The notes below the pieces were generated by a model that worked only from the letters and a program-made list of their open reading frames with translations, had not been told where the DNA came from and searched no databases. DNA of 56,071 nt from Candidatus Kaiserbacteria bacterium (GTDB lineage Bacteria > Patescibacteriota > Minisyncoccia > Phycocordibacterales > UBA918). This document shows positions 44,095 through 55,036 of the stretch, piece by piece. A program made the translations under genes and the position numbers. The DNA lies in the NCBI GenBank assembly GCA_016204695.1, contig JACQKD010000003.1, positions 1-56,071 on the forward strand. The letters are read 5' to 3'. Numbering within the stretch: position 1 is the first letter of the stretch; each line of letters opens with the position of its first letter.

Positions 44095-44290
44095 CGTCCC
44101 AAAATCTTCATCTGCTTTGTCGCCTTCGTCGCTCGAACCCTACAGGTTCTGTATACCTTGCGGATATTTTCGTTCGCTTCGCTCCGAAACTATCTCGCAA
44201 GGTCTTGCGAAAGCGCCCCGCGCTTTCTCTCCCTCATCGTATTATGTATACGTCTCGAGTTCTCGCTCCTCGGCTTCGCGCATCTGAAGG
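44095..44290 (-). repeat. Orphan complete module of the mosaic repeat family between ftsA and ftsZ (minus sense)
   Basis: The minus strand reads gaaagcgc-gggg-cgctttc, GCAAGA, CCTTGCGAGATAGTTTCGGAGCGAAGCGAACGAAAATATCCGCAAGG, TATACAG, AACCTGTAGGGTT, CGAG. There is no tRNA-matching frame. Confidence 0.75.
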
Positions 44291-44446
44291 ATTTTTGAAC
44301 GCAATCTTTTGCGAGATTTTTGCAACATATATCTTTACTTGGCAAACACACGCAAGAGCGTATCTGTCAATCTCGTGACAGATTTTTATATACCTGTATG
44401 ATAGTGGCTAACGGATGTTTAACCGGAGGTATCCCGATATACACAT

Positions 44447-45649
44447 ATGGAACAAGTAAAGTCTAATGTCGAATCGTTCGCGAGGATCCGCGTCGTGGGT
44501 GTGGGTGGATCGGGATGCAACGGCGTCAATCACATGGTCGCGTCAAAGGTGCAGGGTGTGGAGTTTATCGCAGTCAACAGCGATGCGCAGGATCTGCATC
44601 ACTCGCTCGCGAAGAAAAAAATCCACATCGGTAAAAACCTCACACGAGGACTCGGCGCCGGCGGCAATCCGGACGTAGGCAAGCGCGCGGCCGAAGAGAC
44701 GCGCGAAGAGATCGCAAACTCCATCAAAGGATCGGATATGATCTTCATCACCTGCGGCATGGGCGGCGGCACCGGCACGGGTGCGGCACCCATCGTTGCG
44801 AAGATCGCCCGCGAGAGCGGAGCGCTTACCGTAGGTGTGGTCACCAAGCCGTTCTCCTTTGAGGGACAGGAACGTATGCGACTTGCACTCGGCGGCATTG
44901 AAGAACTCAAAAAGGAAGTCGATGCGCTCATCACTATCCCGAACGACCGCCTGCTTGCAATCGTCGATAAAGAGACGACGGTTAAGAACGCGTTCGCGAT
45001 GTGCGACGACGTACTCAAACAAGCCGTCGAGGGTATCTCCGATCTCATCACCATGCCGGGCATCATCAACGTCGACTTTGCTGATATCCGCTCGGTCATG
45101 GAAAGCGCCGGCTCCGCGCTCATGGGCGTGGGCATCTCCGCAGGCGAAAAGCGCGCCGAGGAAGCCGCCCAGCTCGCGATCAATTCTCCGCTTCTTGAGG
45201 TGTCCATCACCGGCGCCAAGGGTGTGCTCTTTGCGGTCGCCGGCAGCGACGATCTCGGCATGCTCGAGATCCAGGATGCCGCACGCACGATCACCGAATC
45301 TATCGATCCGCACGCAAAGGTGATCTTCGGAGCGGTACGAGACGAGAAACTCAAGAAGAATGAGGTGAAGATCACGGTGATCGCCACCGGCTTCCCCGAA
45401 ATCAACTCGCACGCCGTCCACTCGGTCGTCCACGCTCCGCGCACGGAAGAACAAGTTGAAGAAGAACCGGTGCGCGGCCGCATCTTCAATTCACTTGGCA
45501 TACCAAGCAGAGAGAAGACAGTCGACGAGAAAGCACCCGTATCAGAAGAAAAAAATCCGCCGACAAGCGGAGAGCCGAAGCCGGTCGAAGACGATGACGA
45601 CGACTGGGGCGCCGTCCCGGCCTTCCTCCGCCGCTCGAAGTTGAAATAA
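44447..45649 (+). CDS. ftsZ: Cell division protein FtsZ
   Basis: It has [13 protein letters not shown], the tubulin signature [13 protein letters not shown], and the C-terminal [15 protein letters not shown] peptide. Confidence 0.96.
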   Translation: MEQVKSNVESFARIRVVGVGGSGCNGVNHMVASKVQGVEFIAVNSDAQDLHHSLAKKKIHIGKNLTRGLGAGGNPDVGKRAAEETREEIANSIKGSDMIFITCGMGGGTGTGAAPIVAKIARESGALTVGVVTKPFSFEGQERMRLALGGIEELKKEVDALITIPNDRLLAIVDKETTVKNAFAMCDDVLKQAVEGISDLITMPGIINVDFADIRSVMESAGSALMGVGISAGEKRAEEAAQLAINSPLLEVSITGAKGVLFAVAGSDDLGMLEIQDAARTITESIDPHAKVIFGAVRDEKLKKNEVKITVIATGFPEINSHAVHSVVHAPRTEEQVEEEPVRGRIFNSLGIPSREKTVDEKAPVSEEKNPPTSGEPKPVEDDDDDWGAVPAFLRRSKLK

Positions 45650-45685
45650 TCTCCGGAATCTGTGCTATACTGACGACAGGAATTT

Positions 45686-45777
45686 GGCCCAGAAGCCCGC
45701 GATCCCCACAAAACCGGGTAGCGGCCCCCGGTGGGGATCCGTCCTCTGCTGTACAGAGGATGCGGACTTCTGGGTCT
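45686..45777 (+). ncRNA. Candidate structured RNA element (three-way junction) in the ftsZ 3' region
   Basis: ggcccagaagcccgc (45686-45700) pairs with gcggacttctgggtc (45763-45777). gatccccac (45701-09) pairs with gtggggatc (45731-39) and encloses ccggg-tagcggcc-cccgg. There is also a tcctctg-ctgta-cagagga hairpin (45742-60). A separate stem plus T-run terminator follows near 45784-45815. Confidence 0.35.
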
Positions 45778-45848
45778 GCTTTATGCAACCGTCAAATGGT
45801 GGTTGTGTATTTTTTTAAAAGCATCCTACTTATGATATTCTTTTCATC

Positions 45849-46772
45849 ATGTTAGACCTTATCATCATCGGCGGCGGCCCCGGAGGGGCCGCCGCCGGAG
45901 TATACGCCGCCCGCAAACAACTCAAAACAGAACTCGTCACCAAAGAGTGGGGCGGGCAGAGCGTCGTTTCTCCAGACATCCAAAATTGGATCGGCACTGT
46001 TTCCATAAGCGGCAACGACTTCTCCGAGGCGCTCAAAAAGCACCTTGAGGCGTACAAGGGCGACACGCTCACGATTACTCCGAACTCGCTTGTTGCAAAA
46101 GTCGAAAAAAAGGACGACGGCTTCGCTATCACACTCGACAACGGCTCGACACGCGAAACAAAGGCGGTACTTGTGACCTCCGGCTCAACCCGCCGCAAAC
46201 TTGCCGTCAAAGGCGCGGACATCTTTGAACAGAAAGGTCTCACCTATTGCGCCTCATGCGACGGCCCGCTCTTTTCCGGACAAGATGTCGTCGTCATCGG
46301 CGGCGGTAATGCCGGATTTGAGACAGCCGCCCAACTGCTTGCCTATACGAAAAGCGTCACCCTGCTCAACCGCAGTGCCGAATTCAAGGCGGACCCGATT
46401 ACTACCGAAAAGGTTCTTGCAAACTCTCATATGACCGCCATCCGCAATGCCGAACCAACGGAGGTTTTCGGCGATACCTTCGTCACCGGTATCCGCTACA
46501 AAGATACGGCAACGGGTGAAGAAAAAGAGCTCGCCGCCGGAGGCGTATTCGTCGAAATCGGCTTGGTTCCCAACACCGGCTTTATCAGCGACCTCGTCGA
46601 AGCGGACGAGTATCAGCGCATCAAAATCGACCCATGGACCCAAGCCACATCCGTCCCCGGCATCTGGGCCGCAGGCGATTGTACCAATATCAAATACCAC
46701 CAAAACAACATTTCCGCCGGCGACGCCGTCAAAGCGCTCGAGGACATTTACGTTAATCTTCGAACTAGATAA
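45849..46772 (+). CDS. trxB: Thioredoxin-disulfide reductase
   Basis: The FAD motif is IIIGGGPGGAAAGVYAAR, the redox CASC lies in YCASCDGPLF, the NADPH motif is VIGGGNAGFE, and GIWAAGDC is present. Confidence 0.92.
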   Translation: MLDLIIIGGGPGGAAAGVYAARKQLKTELVTKEWGGQSVVSPDIQNWIGTVSISGNDFSEALKKHLEAYKGDTLTITPNSLVAKVEKKDDGFAITLDNGSTRETKAVLVTSGSTRRKLAVKGADIFEQKGLTYCASCDGPLFSGQDVVVIGGGNAGFETAAQLLAYTKSVTLLNRSAEFKADPITTEKVLANSHMTAIRNAEPTEVFGDTFVTGIRYKDTATGEEKELAAGGVFVEIGLVPNTGFISDLVEADEYQRIKIDPWTQATSVPGIWAAGDCTNIKYHQNNISAGDAVKALEDIYVNLRTR

Positions 46773-46783
46773 CCAAAAAATAT

Positions 46784-47137
46784 ATGGAACACGCACCTGG
46801 TTCTAACCAAACTGAAACCGAAATTGTACAACAACTACATGATTCAGCTTTGACAAAAGCCCAAGAAGCAAGCAGGTTGTGGGCGAAGTACAGAAAGAGT
46901 GGTGTTCTAGAGAGATATCTGGAAGAGAATCCGGATCTTTGGACAATCTCTCAAATGGGAGACGAACCCGAAGCCGAAGGTGGAAGTGGTAAGACTGCTC
47001 TGCAGAAATACTTTGAGAGACAACTCCAATCAGCGCAACAGAACGGGAGAGTCAATAATCAACCTGCATACTACATGAGAGACTTGGAAAAACGAATGGA
47101 ACAGGCGTTGAACTCTCTCAAGAACCCCATACAGTAG
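46784..47137 (+). CDS. Hypothetical protein
   Basis: The ORF is low in GC, hydrophilic and helical. I recognise no family. Confidence 0.4.
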   Translation: MEHAPGSNQTETEIVQQLHDSALTKAQEASRLWAKYRKSGVLERYLEENPDLWTISQMGDEPEAEGGSGKTALQKYFERQLQSAQQNGRVNNQPAYYMRDLEKRMEQALNSLKNPIQ

Positions 47138-47283
47138 ACGAAATATCTTTGTTTCCAATCTACTGATCACCCCGACTACCGGGCATGATACCAAGTAAAA
47201 ATATTTTTTCAAAAATCGATATGCTCTTTAAAATAGAGAGCTTATTTTTGCAGTCAGTTAAATTATTTCTCCGACAACCGCGT

Positions 47284-47814
47284 TTACGCGGCAAGATTGA
47301 GTCCTCGCGCTTCTTCTTCGTTCAGCTCTTCCTTGGTGATATCAAGCTCGATTGCGCCGTTGATGCTCAAGTAGAAATGACGAATTTTGCCGGCAAACTC
47401 CGGATAGCGGGTGAGAATCGCCGCCTCTATTTCGCGATGCCGGGCGACATGAAAGAGAAACTGCTTTTGCCGATCGCCTCCGGCGGTCGCTCCCTCACCG
47501 TATGCGCCGCAATCCTCGTGCGTTATGGCGACGACACTGCGGGTGTGGTGGAGTTTGACCGATTTTGCGATTTGGCCCATGAGAGACGTCTGCTCGGGCG
47601 TGCCGTCCGCCGCAAGGTCTTTCGCTCCTCCGGCAGTAATGACGCGGTCAATATACACGACGGCTGTATCCCCTTCCCCCGCCGCCTCTTTCCCCAGCTC
47701 TTCCATCAAACGTTCATATAAATGAAAAAAACGGTCGTCAAAACATTGAAACACGATGACACCGGCCTGGTAATGCGTGAGGTCAACGCTGACCGGTACA
47801 GTAAGTTTATGCAT
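47284..47814 (-). CDS. Hypothetical protein with a beta-carbonic-anhydrase-like Zn motif pair
   Basis: The ATG at 47814 lies 4 nt after the atpC stop. It has CFDDR (C-x-D-x-R) and THEDCG (H-x-x-C-G) about 75 residues apart. The assignment is tentative. Confidence 0.4.
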   Translation of the reverse strand: MHKLTVPVSVDLTHYQAGVIVFQCFDDRFFHLYERLMEELGKEAAGEGDTAVVYIDRVITAGGAKDLAADGTPEQTSLMGQIAKSVKLHHTRSVVAITHEDCGAYGEGATAGGDRQKQFLFHVARHREIEAAILTRYPEFAGKIRHFYLSINGAIELDITKEELNEEEARGLNLAA

Positions 47815-47818
47815 ATTT

Positions 47819-48067
47819 TTATAGTGATTCTCCGATAAGAACAACCGCTTCGCTCTGGGGACGGACTTCGAGGACGCCGTTTTCGAGCGGGATATCAAGG
47901 TTTTGTTGGCCTTTTCTGACAACCGAAACGCATGGGCCGGTCAGCGTAGTGACAAGCGGAATATGCTCCGGAAGCACGGCAATTTGGCCTCCGCTCGTAT
48001 GCGCGATAAGCTCGTCGGCTTCGCCTTCGAAGAGAGTTTCAGAAATTGAATAGACTGCGATTTTCAT
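47819..48067 (-). CDS. atpC: F1 ATP synthase epsilon subunit (beta-sandwich domain only)
   Basis: MKIAVYSISETLFEGEADELIAHTSGGQIAVLPEHIPLVTTL is epsilon-like. It occupies the last position in the atp operon. Confidence 0.8.
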   Translation of the reverse strand: MKIAVYSISETLFEGEADELIAHTSGGQIAVLPEHIPLVTTLTGPCVSVVRKGQQNLDIPLENGVLEVRPQSEAVVLIGESL

Positions 48068-48363
48068 GAATCAAGTTTTAATTTCTCCTTCGTTTCTATT
48101 ATTTTCTGTTTCAGTTCTTCTACGGTAGAGTAGGCACGAGGACCTACTGCATGATCTTCTTCATGTTGAGAAAACCTGCTCGCCACCTTATCCAGTTCCG
48201 AAAATACTTTCCTCTCTATGTCACTAAGTATCTTGGGATCTATCTCTAACGAGTAGGAGTAATAAAACTCATCACAAAAGGTTGATTCGTCAATATTTCC
48301 GGAGAGATATTCATCAATCAGCCAATAGAGTCTCCGTCTGTCGTTTTTATCGTATATTATCAT
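48064..48363 (-). CDS. Hypothetical 99 aa helical protein inserted between atpD and atpC
   Basis: It is AT-rich relative to its neighbours, and its stop overlaps the atpC start (ATGA). The sequence LYWLIDEYLSGNIDESTFCDEFYYSYSLE... recalls small immunity or antitoxin-like helical proteins, but I am not confident of any family. Confidence 0.5.
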   Translation of the reverse strand: MIIYDKNDRRRLYWLIDEYLSGNIDESTFCDEFYYSYSLEIDPKILSDIERKVFSELDKVASRFSQHEEDHAVGPRAYSTVEELKQKIIETKEKLKLDS

Positions 48364-48394
48364 CCTTGGTATACTAAGCTTTCTGGACGAGACA

Positions 48395-50184
<1,790 letters not shown>

Positions 50185-50192
50185 GTAATTAA

Positions 50193-51125
50193 CTATACTT
50201 CTTGCAAGGCTTCAGCTCCGGCGCTTATTTCGGCGAGCTCGCGGGTGATGCCGGCCTGACGGACTTGGTTATACAGGCGAGTGAAATCGGTAATGAGCTC
50301 GCGGGCATTGTCCGACGCGCTCTTCATCGCGACCATCCGCGCCGAGTGCTCGGAGGCATTCGATTCGAGAATGACATGGTGAATGTGCAAGCGAATCAAC
50401 TGCGGCACGAGCACGGAGAGCACTTCCTCCGGAGACGGCTCGACGACATACTCGTAGCGATAGATACTTTCGGGAGATGCCGGAAGCGCCGACGCGGCAA
50501 ACTTCCCCGTCTCGGGAATGATGCCGCGCACGACCTCGAAGAGCCCGCCCTCGGTCGCCGGAAGTATGGGGCGTACGACGCTTTCTTGCAAGAGCGACGT
50601 GCGGAAGTTGGTATATACCGCCTCCACCTCGTCCCATGAACCGTCCAGATATCCGTTGACAAGCGTCTCGGCAACGGGACGAGTTTGCTCTTGTGTCGAG
50701 TAGTCGCCGAAGCCGGTGAACGCGTGTGCGATGGACACGCCCCGACGCTCATAATACTCTTTCGCTTTCTTCCCCACCACAATGAGTGCAAACGGCAGGT
50801 CGCCGTGGGCGGCAATCCACGCATCCGCTTTTTTCAAAATATTGGTATTGATGGCTCCGGCAAGACCCTTGTCCGCCGTGATGACAAGAAGCGCGCGGCG
50901 CGCTACCGCACGTTTTGAAAAAAGCGGATGCGTGACCTCTCCCTCCGTCCGCGTGAGAATATTGCGCATCAGCTCAAGCGACGCCACCGCATACGGCCGC
51001 GCACGAAGCGCAAACTGCTGGGACCGCCGCATCTTGGTCGCCGAAACCACCTCCATCGCCTTGGTAATCTTGGCGGTATTCTGCGCCCCCTTTATTCTCT
51101 GTTTTATCGACTTGATCGATGCCAT
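50193..51125 (-). CDS. atpG: F1 ATP synthase gamma subunit
   Basis: It begins MASIKSIKQRIKGAQNTAKITKAMEVVSATKMRR and ends ...RQAGITRELAEISAGAEAL. Confidence 0.93.
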   Translation of the reverse strand: MASIKSIKQRIKGAQNTAKITKAMEVVSATKMRRSQQFALRARPYAVASLELMRNILTRTEGEVTHPLFSKRAVARRALLVITADKGLAGAINTNILKKADAWIAAHGDLPFALIVVGKKAKEYYERRGVSIAHAFTGFGDYSTQEQTRPVAETLVNGYLDGSWDEVEAVYTNFRTSLLQESVVRPILPATEGGLFEVVRGIIPETGKFAASALPASPESIYRYEYVVEPSPEEVLSVLVPQLIRLHIHHVILESNASEHSARMVAMKSASDNARELITDFTRLYNQVRQAGITRELAEISAGAEALQEV

Positions 51126-51143
51126 ACGACATTCCGTTATCCT

Positions 51144-51401
51144 TTATCCATATAACTCGCTGTGCGTGCCGATCTCAAGGAAGAGTACCTGTTCGTCTTG
51201 CTGTCTGAATACCGCCCGGTAGTCGCCCGTGATGTTGATACTTCGGCAACCCGGAAATACGCCATCCACGGAGTGATTATGCAAAAGCGGATGAAATGGT
51301 TCTTGTATAAAGAGATTTTTCCGTTCAACAAACTGCACACGAATATTTCTCGGCAGCTTCGTATATTGTTTCAGAAACCGCCGATGAAGCCCGATTTTCA
51401 T
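51144..51401 (-). CDS. Type II toxin, RelE/YafQ-like mRNA interferase
   Basis: FKRQYKKL-like FLKQYTKLPRNIR is followed by PLLHNHSVDGVFPGCRSINITGDYRAVFRQQDEQVLFLEIGTHSELY, which follows the RelE/YafQ C-terminal pattern. Confidence 0.75.
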   Translation of the reverse strand: MKIGLHRRFLKQYTKLPRNIRVQFVERKNLFIQEPFHPLLHNHSVDGVFPGCRSINITGDYRAVFRQQDEQVLFLEIGTHSELYG

Positions 51402-51410
51402 ACTCGATTG

Positions 51411-51686
51411 CTAGAGTGAGAGCAGATACTTGTCCATCTCCGCGGCATTCTTGAAGGATATGATGTTCTTCCCCTGTTCCGCATCACGGAGCGCCGCTCG
51501 AATTTCTCGCCTCGTTTTCGCGTTAAAGCGCTCTTCGGGCGCAATATCCACGGAAAACCTGCCCTCGGCGAAGGCCTTGGTCGCCAGCTTCAAAACGGAG
51601 GCGAACGGAACCCCGGCCTGCTTCGCGCGTTTCATCGCTTGTGCTTTCACTTTTGGATCAATGGTGAATACGATTTGCGTTGTCAT
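51411..51686 (-). CDS. Type II antitoxin, DinJ/RelB-like (ribbon-helix-helix)
   Basis: IVFTIDPKVKAQAMKRAKQAGVPFASVLKLATKAFAEG resembles the DinJ N-terminus. The gene lies 9 nt upstream of the toxin gene. Confidence 0.65.
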   Translation of the reverse strand: MTTQIVFTIDPKVKAQAMKRAKQAGVPFASVLKLATKAFAEGRFSVDIAPEERFNAKTRREIRAALRDAEQGKNIISFKNAAEMDKYLLSL

Positions 51687-51743
51687 AAATATAGTTTATA
51701 CATAGCGTAAATATATGTCAACTTTTCTTCGTAGACGCCATGA

Positions 51744-53285
51744 TTACGAGAGTGTCTTGAATGTTTCCGCCGCACCTTTAAGCGCCGCCAGTGTTTCTTC
51801 GGAAAGGTCGCCGGAGGTGCGAATTGCTTCGAGGATTTCTTCGCGATAGAGTTTGTTGACGTATTCGAGAAACGCCCGGCCGCGCTCGCCCGCTTTTTCA
51901 GAGCCTGCGTCGTCGAAATACCCATTGGTCGCCGCCCAGATAAGCACCACTTGATACTCAAACGGTATCGGCTCAAGCTCGGGTTGTTTGAGTATCTCGG
52001 TCAGCACCTTGCCGCGCTCAATGCGCTTGCGCGTCGCCTCATCCAGCTCCGAGGAAAACTGCATGAATGCCGCAAGTTCGCGGAATTGCGCAAGCTCGAG
52101 ACGAAGCCGCCCGGCAACCTTCTTCATCGCCTTGGTCTGTGCCGAAGAACCCACGCGCGAGACGGAAAGTCCGGCATTCACCGCAGGACGATTGCCCTGA
52201 TGGAACAGCTCCGGCTCGAGATATATCTGGCCGTCGGTGATGGAGATGACGTTCGTCGGAATGTACGCCGAGACATCGCCGAGTTGCGTCTCAATGATGG
52301 GAAGCGCGGTCAAGGACCCCCCTCCATTTTCCTTGTTCAATTTCGCTGAACGCTCCAAGAGGCGTGAGTGAAGATAGAAGATATCTCCCGGATATGCCTC
52401 GCGACCCGGCGGGCGGCGCAGAAGGAGCGAGAGCTCGCGATACGCCCACGCGTGTTTTGAAAGGTCGTCGTAAATCACGAGCGCATCCTCTCCTTTTTCC
52501 ATGAAATACTCGCCGATTGCGGTCGCCGTATACGGCGCAAGATACCACAAGGTCGAAGCGGCGGATGCCGGAGCGGACACGACGATGGTGTACTCCATCG
52601 CACCGGCTTCTTTCAGTGTCGCGATGAGACGCGCGACTTTCGATTCCTTCTGACCGATGGCAACATAGATGCAGATCGGTCGGCGCCCGCGCGAATCATT
52701 CTTCTGGTTGATGATGGTGTCGAGCGCAATGGCGGTCTTCCCGAGTCCGCGGTCGCCGATAATGAGCTCGCGCTGGCCGCGGCCGATCGGAATAATCGCG
52801 TCAATGGCTTTGATGCCGGTATGGAGCGGCGTATTGACCGACTCGCGCGAGAGCACGCCCGGCGCTTTCTTCTCGACCGGATAGAAAATTTCCTCGCTAT
52901 TATTATCTTTTGCTTTTTCAAAAATATTTCCGCCGTTATCAAGCGGGTTGCCGAGCGGGTCGACCACCCGACCGACAAGTTCACTGCCCACCCGCACCGA
53001 AAGCACGCGGCCCGTCGGACGCACGAGCGCGCCTTCCTTGATACCGGAGGCATCGCCGAGCACCACCGCACCGACCGTCTCTTCCTCCAAGTTGAACGCA
53101 AGCGCGGTCACGGTGCCACCCTCGGTCTCTATCTCAAGCATTTCCTGCGACGCCGCTCCCGAGATGCCGGAGATTTTCGCGATGCCGTCGCCGACTTCAA
53201 GCACATGCCCGACCTTCTCGGCCCGGATCTCGTCCTTGAATCCTTCAATCTCTTTGCGCAACGTATCTATGACTGGATTATTCAT
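51744..53285 (-). CDS. atpA: F1 ATP synthase alpha subunit
   Basis: It has the P-loop [11 protein letters not shown], and the [43 protein letters not shown] block is diagnostic. Confidence 0.97.
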   Translation of the reverse strand: MNNPVIDTLRKEIEGFKDEIRAEKVGHVLEVGDGIAKISGISGAASQEMLEIETEGGTVTALAFNLEEETVGAVVLGDASGIKEGALVRPTGRVLSVRVGSELVGRVVDPLGNPLDNGGNIFEKAKDNNSEEIFYPVEKKAPGVLSRESVNTPLHTGIKAIDAIIPIGRGQRELIIGDRGLGKTAIALDTIINQKNDSRGRRPICIYVAIGQKESKVARLIATLKEAGAMEYTIVVSAPASAASTLWYLAPYTATAIGEYFMEKGEDALVIYDDLSKHAWAYRELSLLLRRPPGREAYPGDIFYLHSRLLERSAKLNKENGGGSLTALPIIETQLGDVSAYIPTNVISITDGQIYLEPELFHQGNRPAVNAGLSVSRVGSSAQTKAMKKVAGRLRLELAQFRELAAFMQFSSELDEATRKRIERGKVLTEILKQPELEPIPFEYQVVLIWAATNGYFDDAGSEKAGERGRAFLEYVNKLYREEILEAIRTSGDLSEETLAALKGAAETFKTLS

Positions 53286-53299
53286 AAAACAATATAAAA

Positions 53300-53686
53300 T
53301 TATGCGGCATGTCGAAACATCTGTGCGAGACGGCGTTTTGCGCTCGCGTCGACGAGCGTCTCATCATCGACGAGGATGCGGACGCCGGCGAGGAGCTCCG
53401 GCCGGACTTTCTCCTCGATCCACGCCTTTCCGTCAAAAACATCGGAAACTTGTTTTTGCAACGCCGGGGCCGCGGACTCGGGTGTTTCGAGTGTGACACG
53501 CACGGCGCCGGCTCGCGAAGCGAGCCGGCGCTCGACAACCCGCATGATACTCTCCGCCTTGCCAAGCATCCGGTGTCTCCGAAGAAGCGCGGCGAATGCG
53601 CGAATGCGCGTGCGAGCGACCTCCGGTTCCGCATCTACGATCGACCCGACGAGCGCTTCGGCATACTGCGCCGCTTTGTACTTCAT
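53300..53686 (-). CDS. atpH: F1 ATP synthase delta (OSCP) subunit, short form
   Basis: It starts YAEALV... and ends ...[24 protein letters not shown], which is delta-like. It sits between atpF and atpA. Confidence 0.7.
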   Translation of the reverse strand: MKYKAAQYAEALVGSIVDAEPEVARTRIRAFAALLRRHRMLGKAESIMRVVERRLASRAGAVRVTLETPESAAPALQKQVSDVFDGKAWIEEKVRPELLAGVRILVDDETLVDASAKRRLAQMFRHAA

Positions 53687-54204
53687 ACCTTTGCCGACTT
53701 AAGAGCGCTCAACGCCCCGCGAATAAGCTCCTCGTCGCGCTCGCCGGCGGGCATCCGCCGCAAGACCTGTTTGATGCCTTCTCGCACCAACACTTCGGCC
53801 TCTTCGAGCACCGCCGCTTCCATTTTTTCGACCTCCTTCCCCGCTTTCTGTTTTGCTTCAGAAATAAGTATCTCGCCGCGCGCGGTCGCCTCCCCGATAA
53901 TTTCATCCTTCCGCTCCACCGCCGTTTCCTCGGCGCGTTTGACGACCGCAAGCGCTTCCTCCTGCGCCTCGGTAATGCTTTTTGCTTTCAATGTCTCGAT
54001 CTCGCCGAGCGTCCGCTCCGCTTCCTCGCGCATCACAAGCCCCTCGGCAATTGTCTCCCGGCGTTTGCGGAGTATTGCAAGAATCGGCTGATACGCAAAC
54101 TTTTTCAACAGGAAAAACAGTATCGCAAAGTTGACCACTTGCGAAAGCAAGAGTTTCCAATCAACGCCGAAGTTATGCAGAAGTTCTGACACAGTCTGGA
54201 TCAA
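53683..54204 (-). CDS. atpF: Fo ATP synthase b subunit
   Basis: It has an N-terminal TM helix (DWKLLLSQVVNFAILFFLLKKFAY) and a long charged helix. Confidence 0.85.
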   Translation of the reverse strand: MIQTVSELLHNFGVDWKLLLSQVVNFAILFFLLKKFAYQPILAILRKRRETIAEGLVMREEAERTLGEIETLKAKSITEAQEEALAVVKRAEETAVERKDEIIGEATARGEILISEAKQKAGKEVEKMEAAVLEEAEVLVREGIKQVLRRMPAGERDEELIRGALSALKSAKV

Positions 54205-54638
54205 TTACTGGTATTAGGATTGCGATTTTGCTCCTCTACTGCGTTTGCAAGAATTCCTTGATCTATCTCCAGAGCCATCCTTAGTCGAGAGAGATCCCCT
54301 TCGATAGTTAACAAGGCTCTTGTGTAGAAATTCAGCCAACCTTCCGTTTTTACCATGGCTTCCCCTGCCACCTCTTCACCCTCTCTCGAAGATGACGGGC
54401 TGAAACGCGCCTCCCGTGCTCTTTCCGTACGAACTTTCAGTTCACCTTCAAGCTCTACTATGCGAGACTTGATGTCCCGTATCACTTCAAGCAATGCCCG
54501 TTCCTTTTCTATTTGTTCCTTCTCATCCCGGAAAAAGGTGTCTACCACTTCCTCGGCTCTCTCCGGATAAAAACCGCCTCCACTTTCTTTATCCGTGACA
54601 GTTGGAACAAAACGCCTCCTGTTGGGTTTCCGTTCCAT
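54201..54638 (-). CDS. Hypothetical 145 aa charged coiled-coil protein inserted between atpE and atpF
   Basis: It has no TM segment, and its stop overlaps the atpF start (ATGA). EKEQIEKERALLEVIRDIKSRIVELEGELKVRTERAREA looks like coiled coil. Confidence 0.5.
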   Translation of the reverse strand: MERKPNRRRFVPTVTDKESGGGFYPERAEEVVDTFFRDEKEQIEKERALLEVIRDIKSRIVELEGELKVRTERAREARFSPSSSREGEEVAGEAMVKTEGWLNFYTRALLTIEGDLSRLRMALEIDQGILANAVEEQNRNPNTSN

Positions 54639-54650
54639 ACGATAGAAGGC

Positions 54651-54887
54651 CTACTCTACGAATTTAACGACGAGTGCGATAACAAGCGCGTAAATCGCAA
54701 TCGCTTCCGCGAACGCAATCGCGAGCACCATCGCCGTCTGCACCTTTGATGCCGCTTCAGGATTGCGCCCGATCGCATCGAGGCCCCTGCCGCCAATCCA
54801 CGCGATTGCGAGCGCCGGTACGACGGTACCGCCGACAATCGCAAGCGCCGTCACAATAAGTCGTGCTACTTCTGGGTCTGCAAACAT
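54651..54887 (-). CDS. atpE: Fo ATP synthase c subunit
   Basis: It is a two-helix hairpin with the GRNPE loop (GLDAIGRNPEAASK) and the carboxylate helix AFAEAIAIYALVIALV. Confidence 0.93.
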   Translation of the reverse strand: MFADPEVARLIVTALAIVGGTVVPALAIAWIGGRGLDAIGRNPEAASKVQTAMVLAIAFAEAIAIYALVIALVVKFVE

Positions 54888-55036
54888 TGTATAAATACTT
54901 AAAGTTATTAATTCTGATCTTTTTCAAAGTTGATGAAATGCGAGAAACGGAGAAGGCGGTGAGGAAGACGTATGAATAATACGGCGACCGAGACGCAGAG
55001 GCTCCGCGACAGAGCAGATCGCGACTTTGGGAAAGA

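Noticed and set aside
45686-45777. SRP (4.5S) RNA, tmRNA or a known riboswitch in the ftsZ-trxB spacer
   Set aside because: It lacks the SRP helix 8 GGAA tetraloop and AGCA motifs. It has no tRNA-like end or tag ORF, and no recognisable TPP, purine, glycine, c-di-GMP or fluoride core. I kept it only as an unclassified structured candidate.
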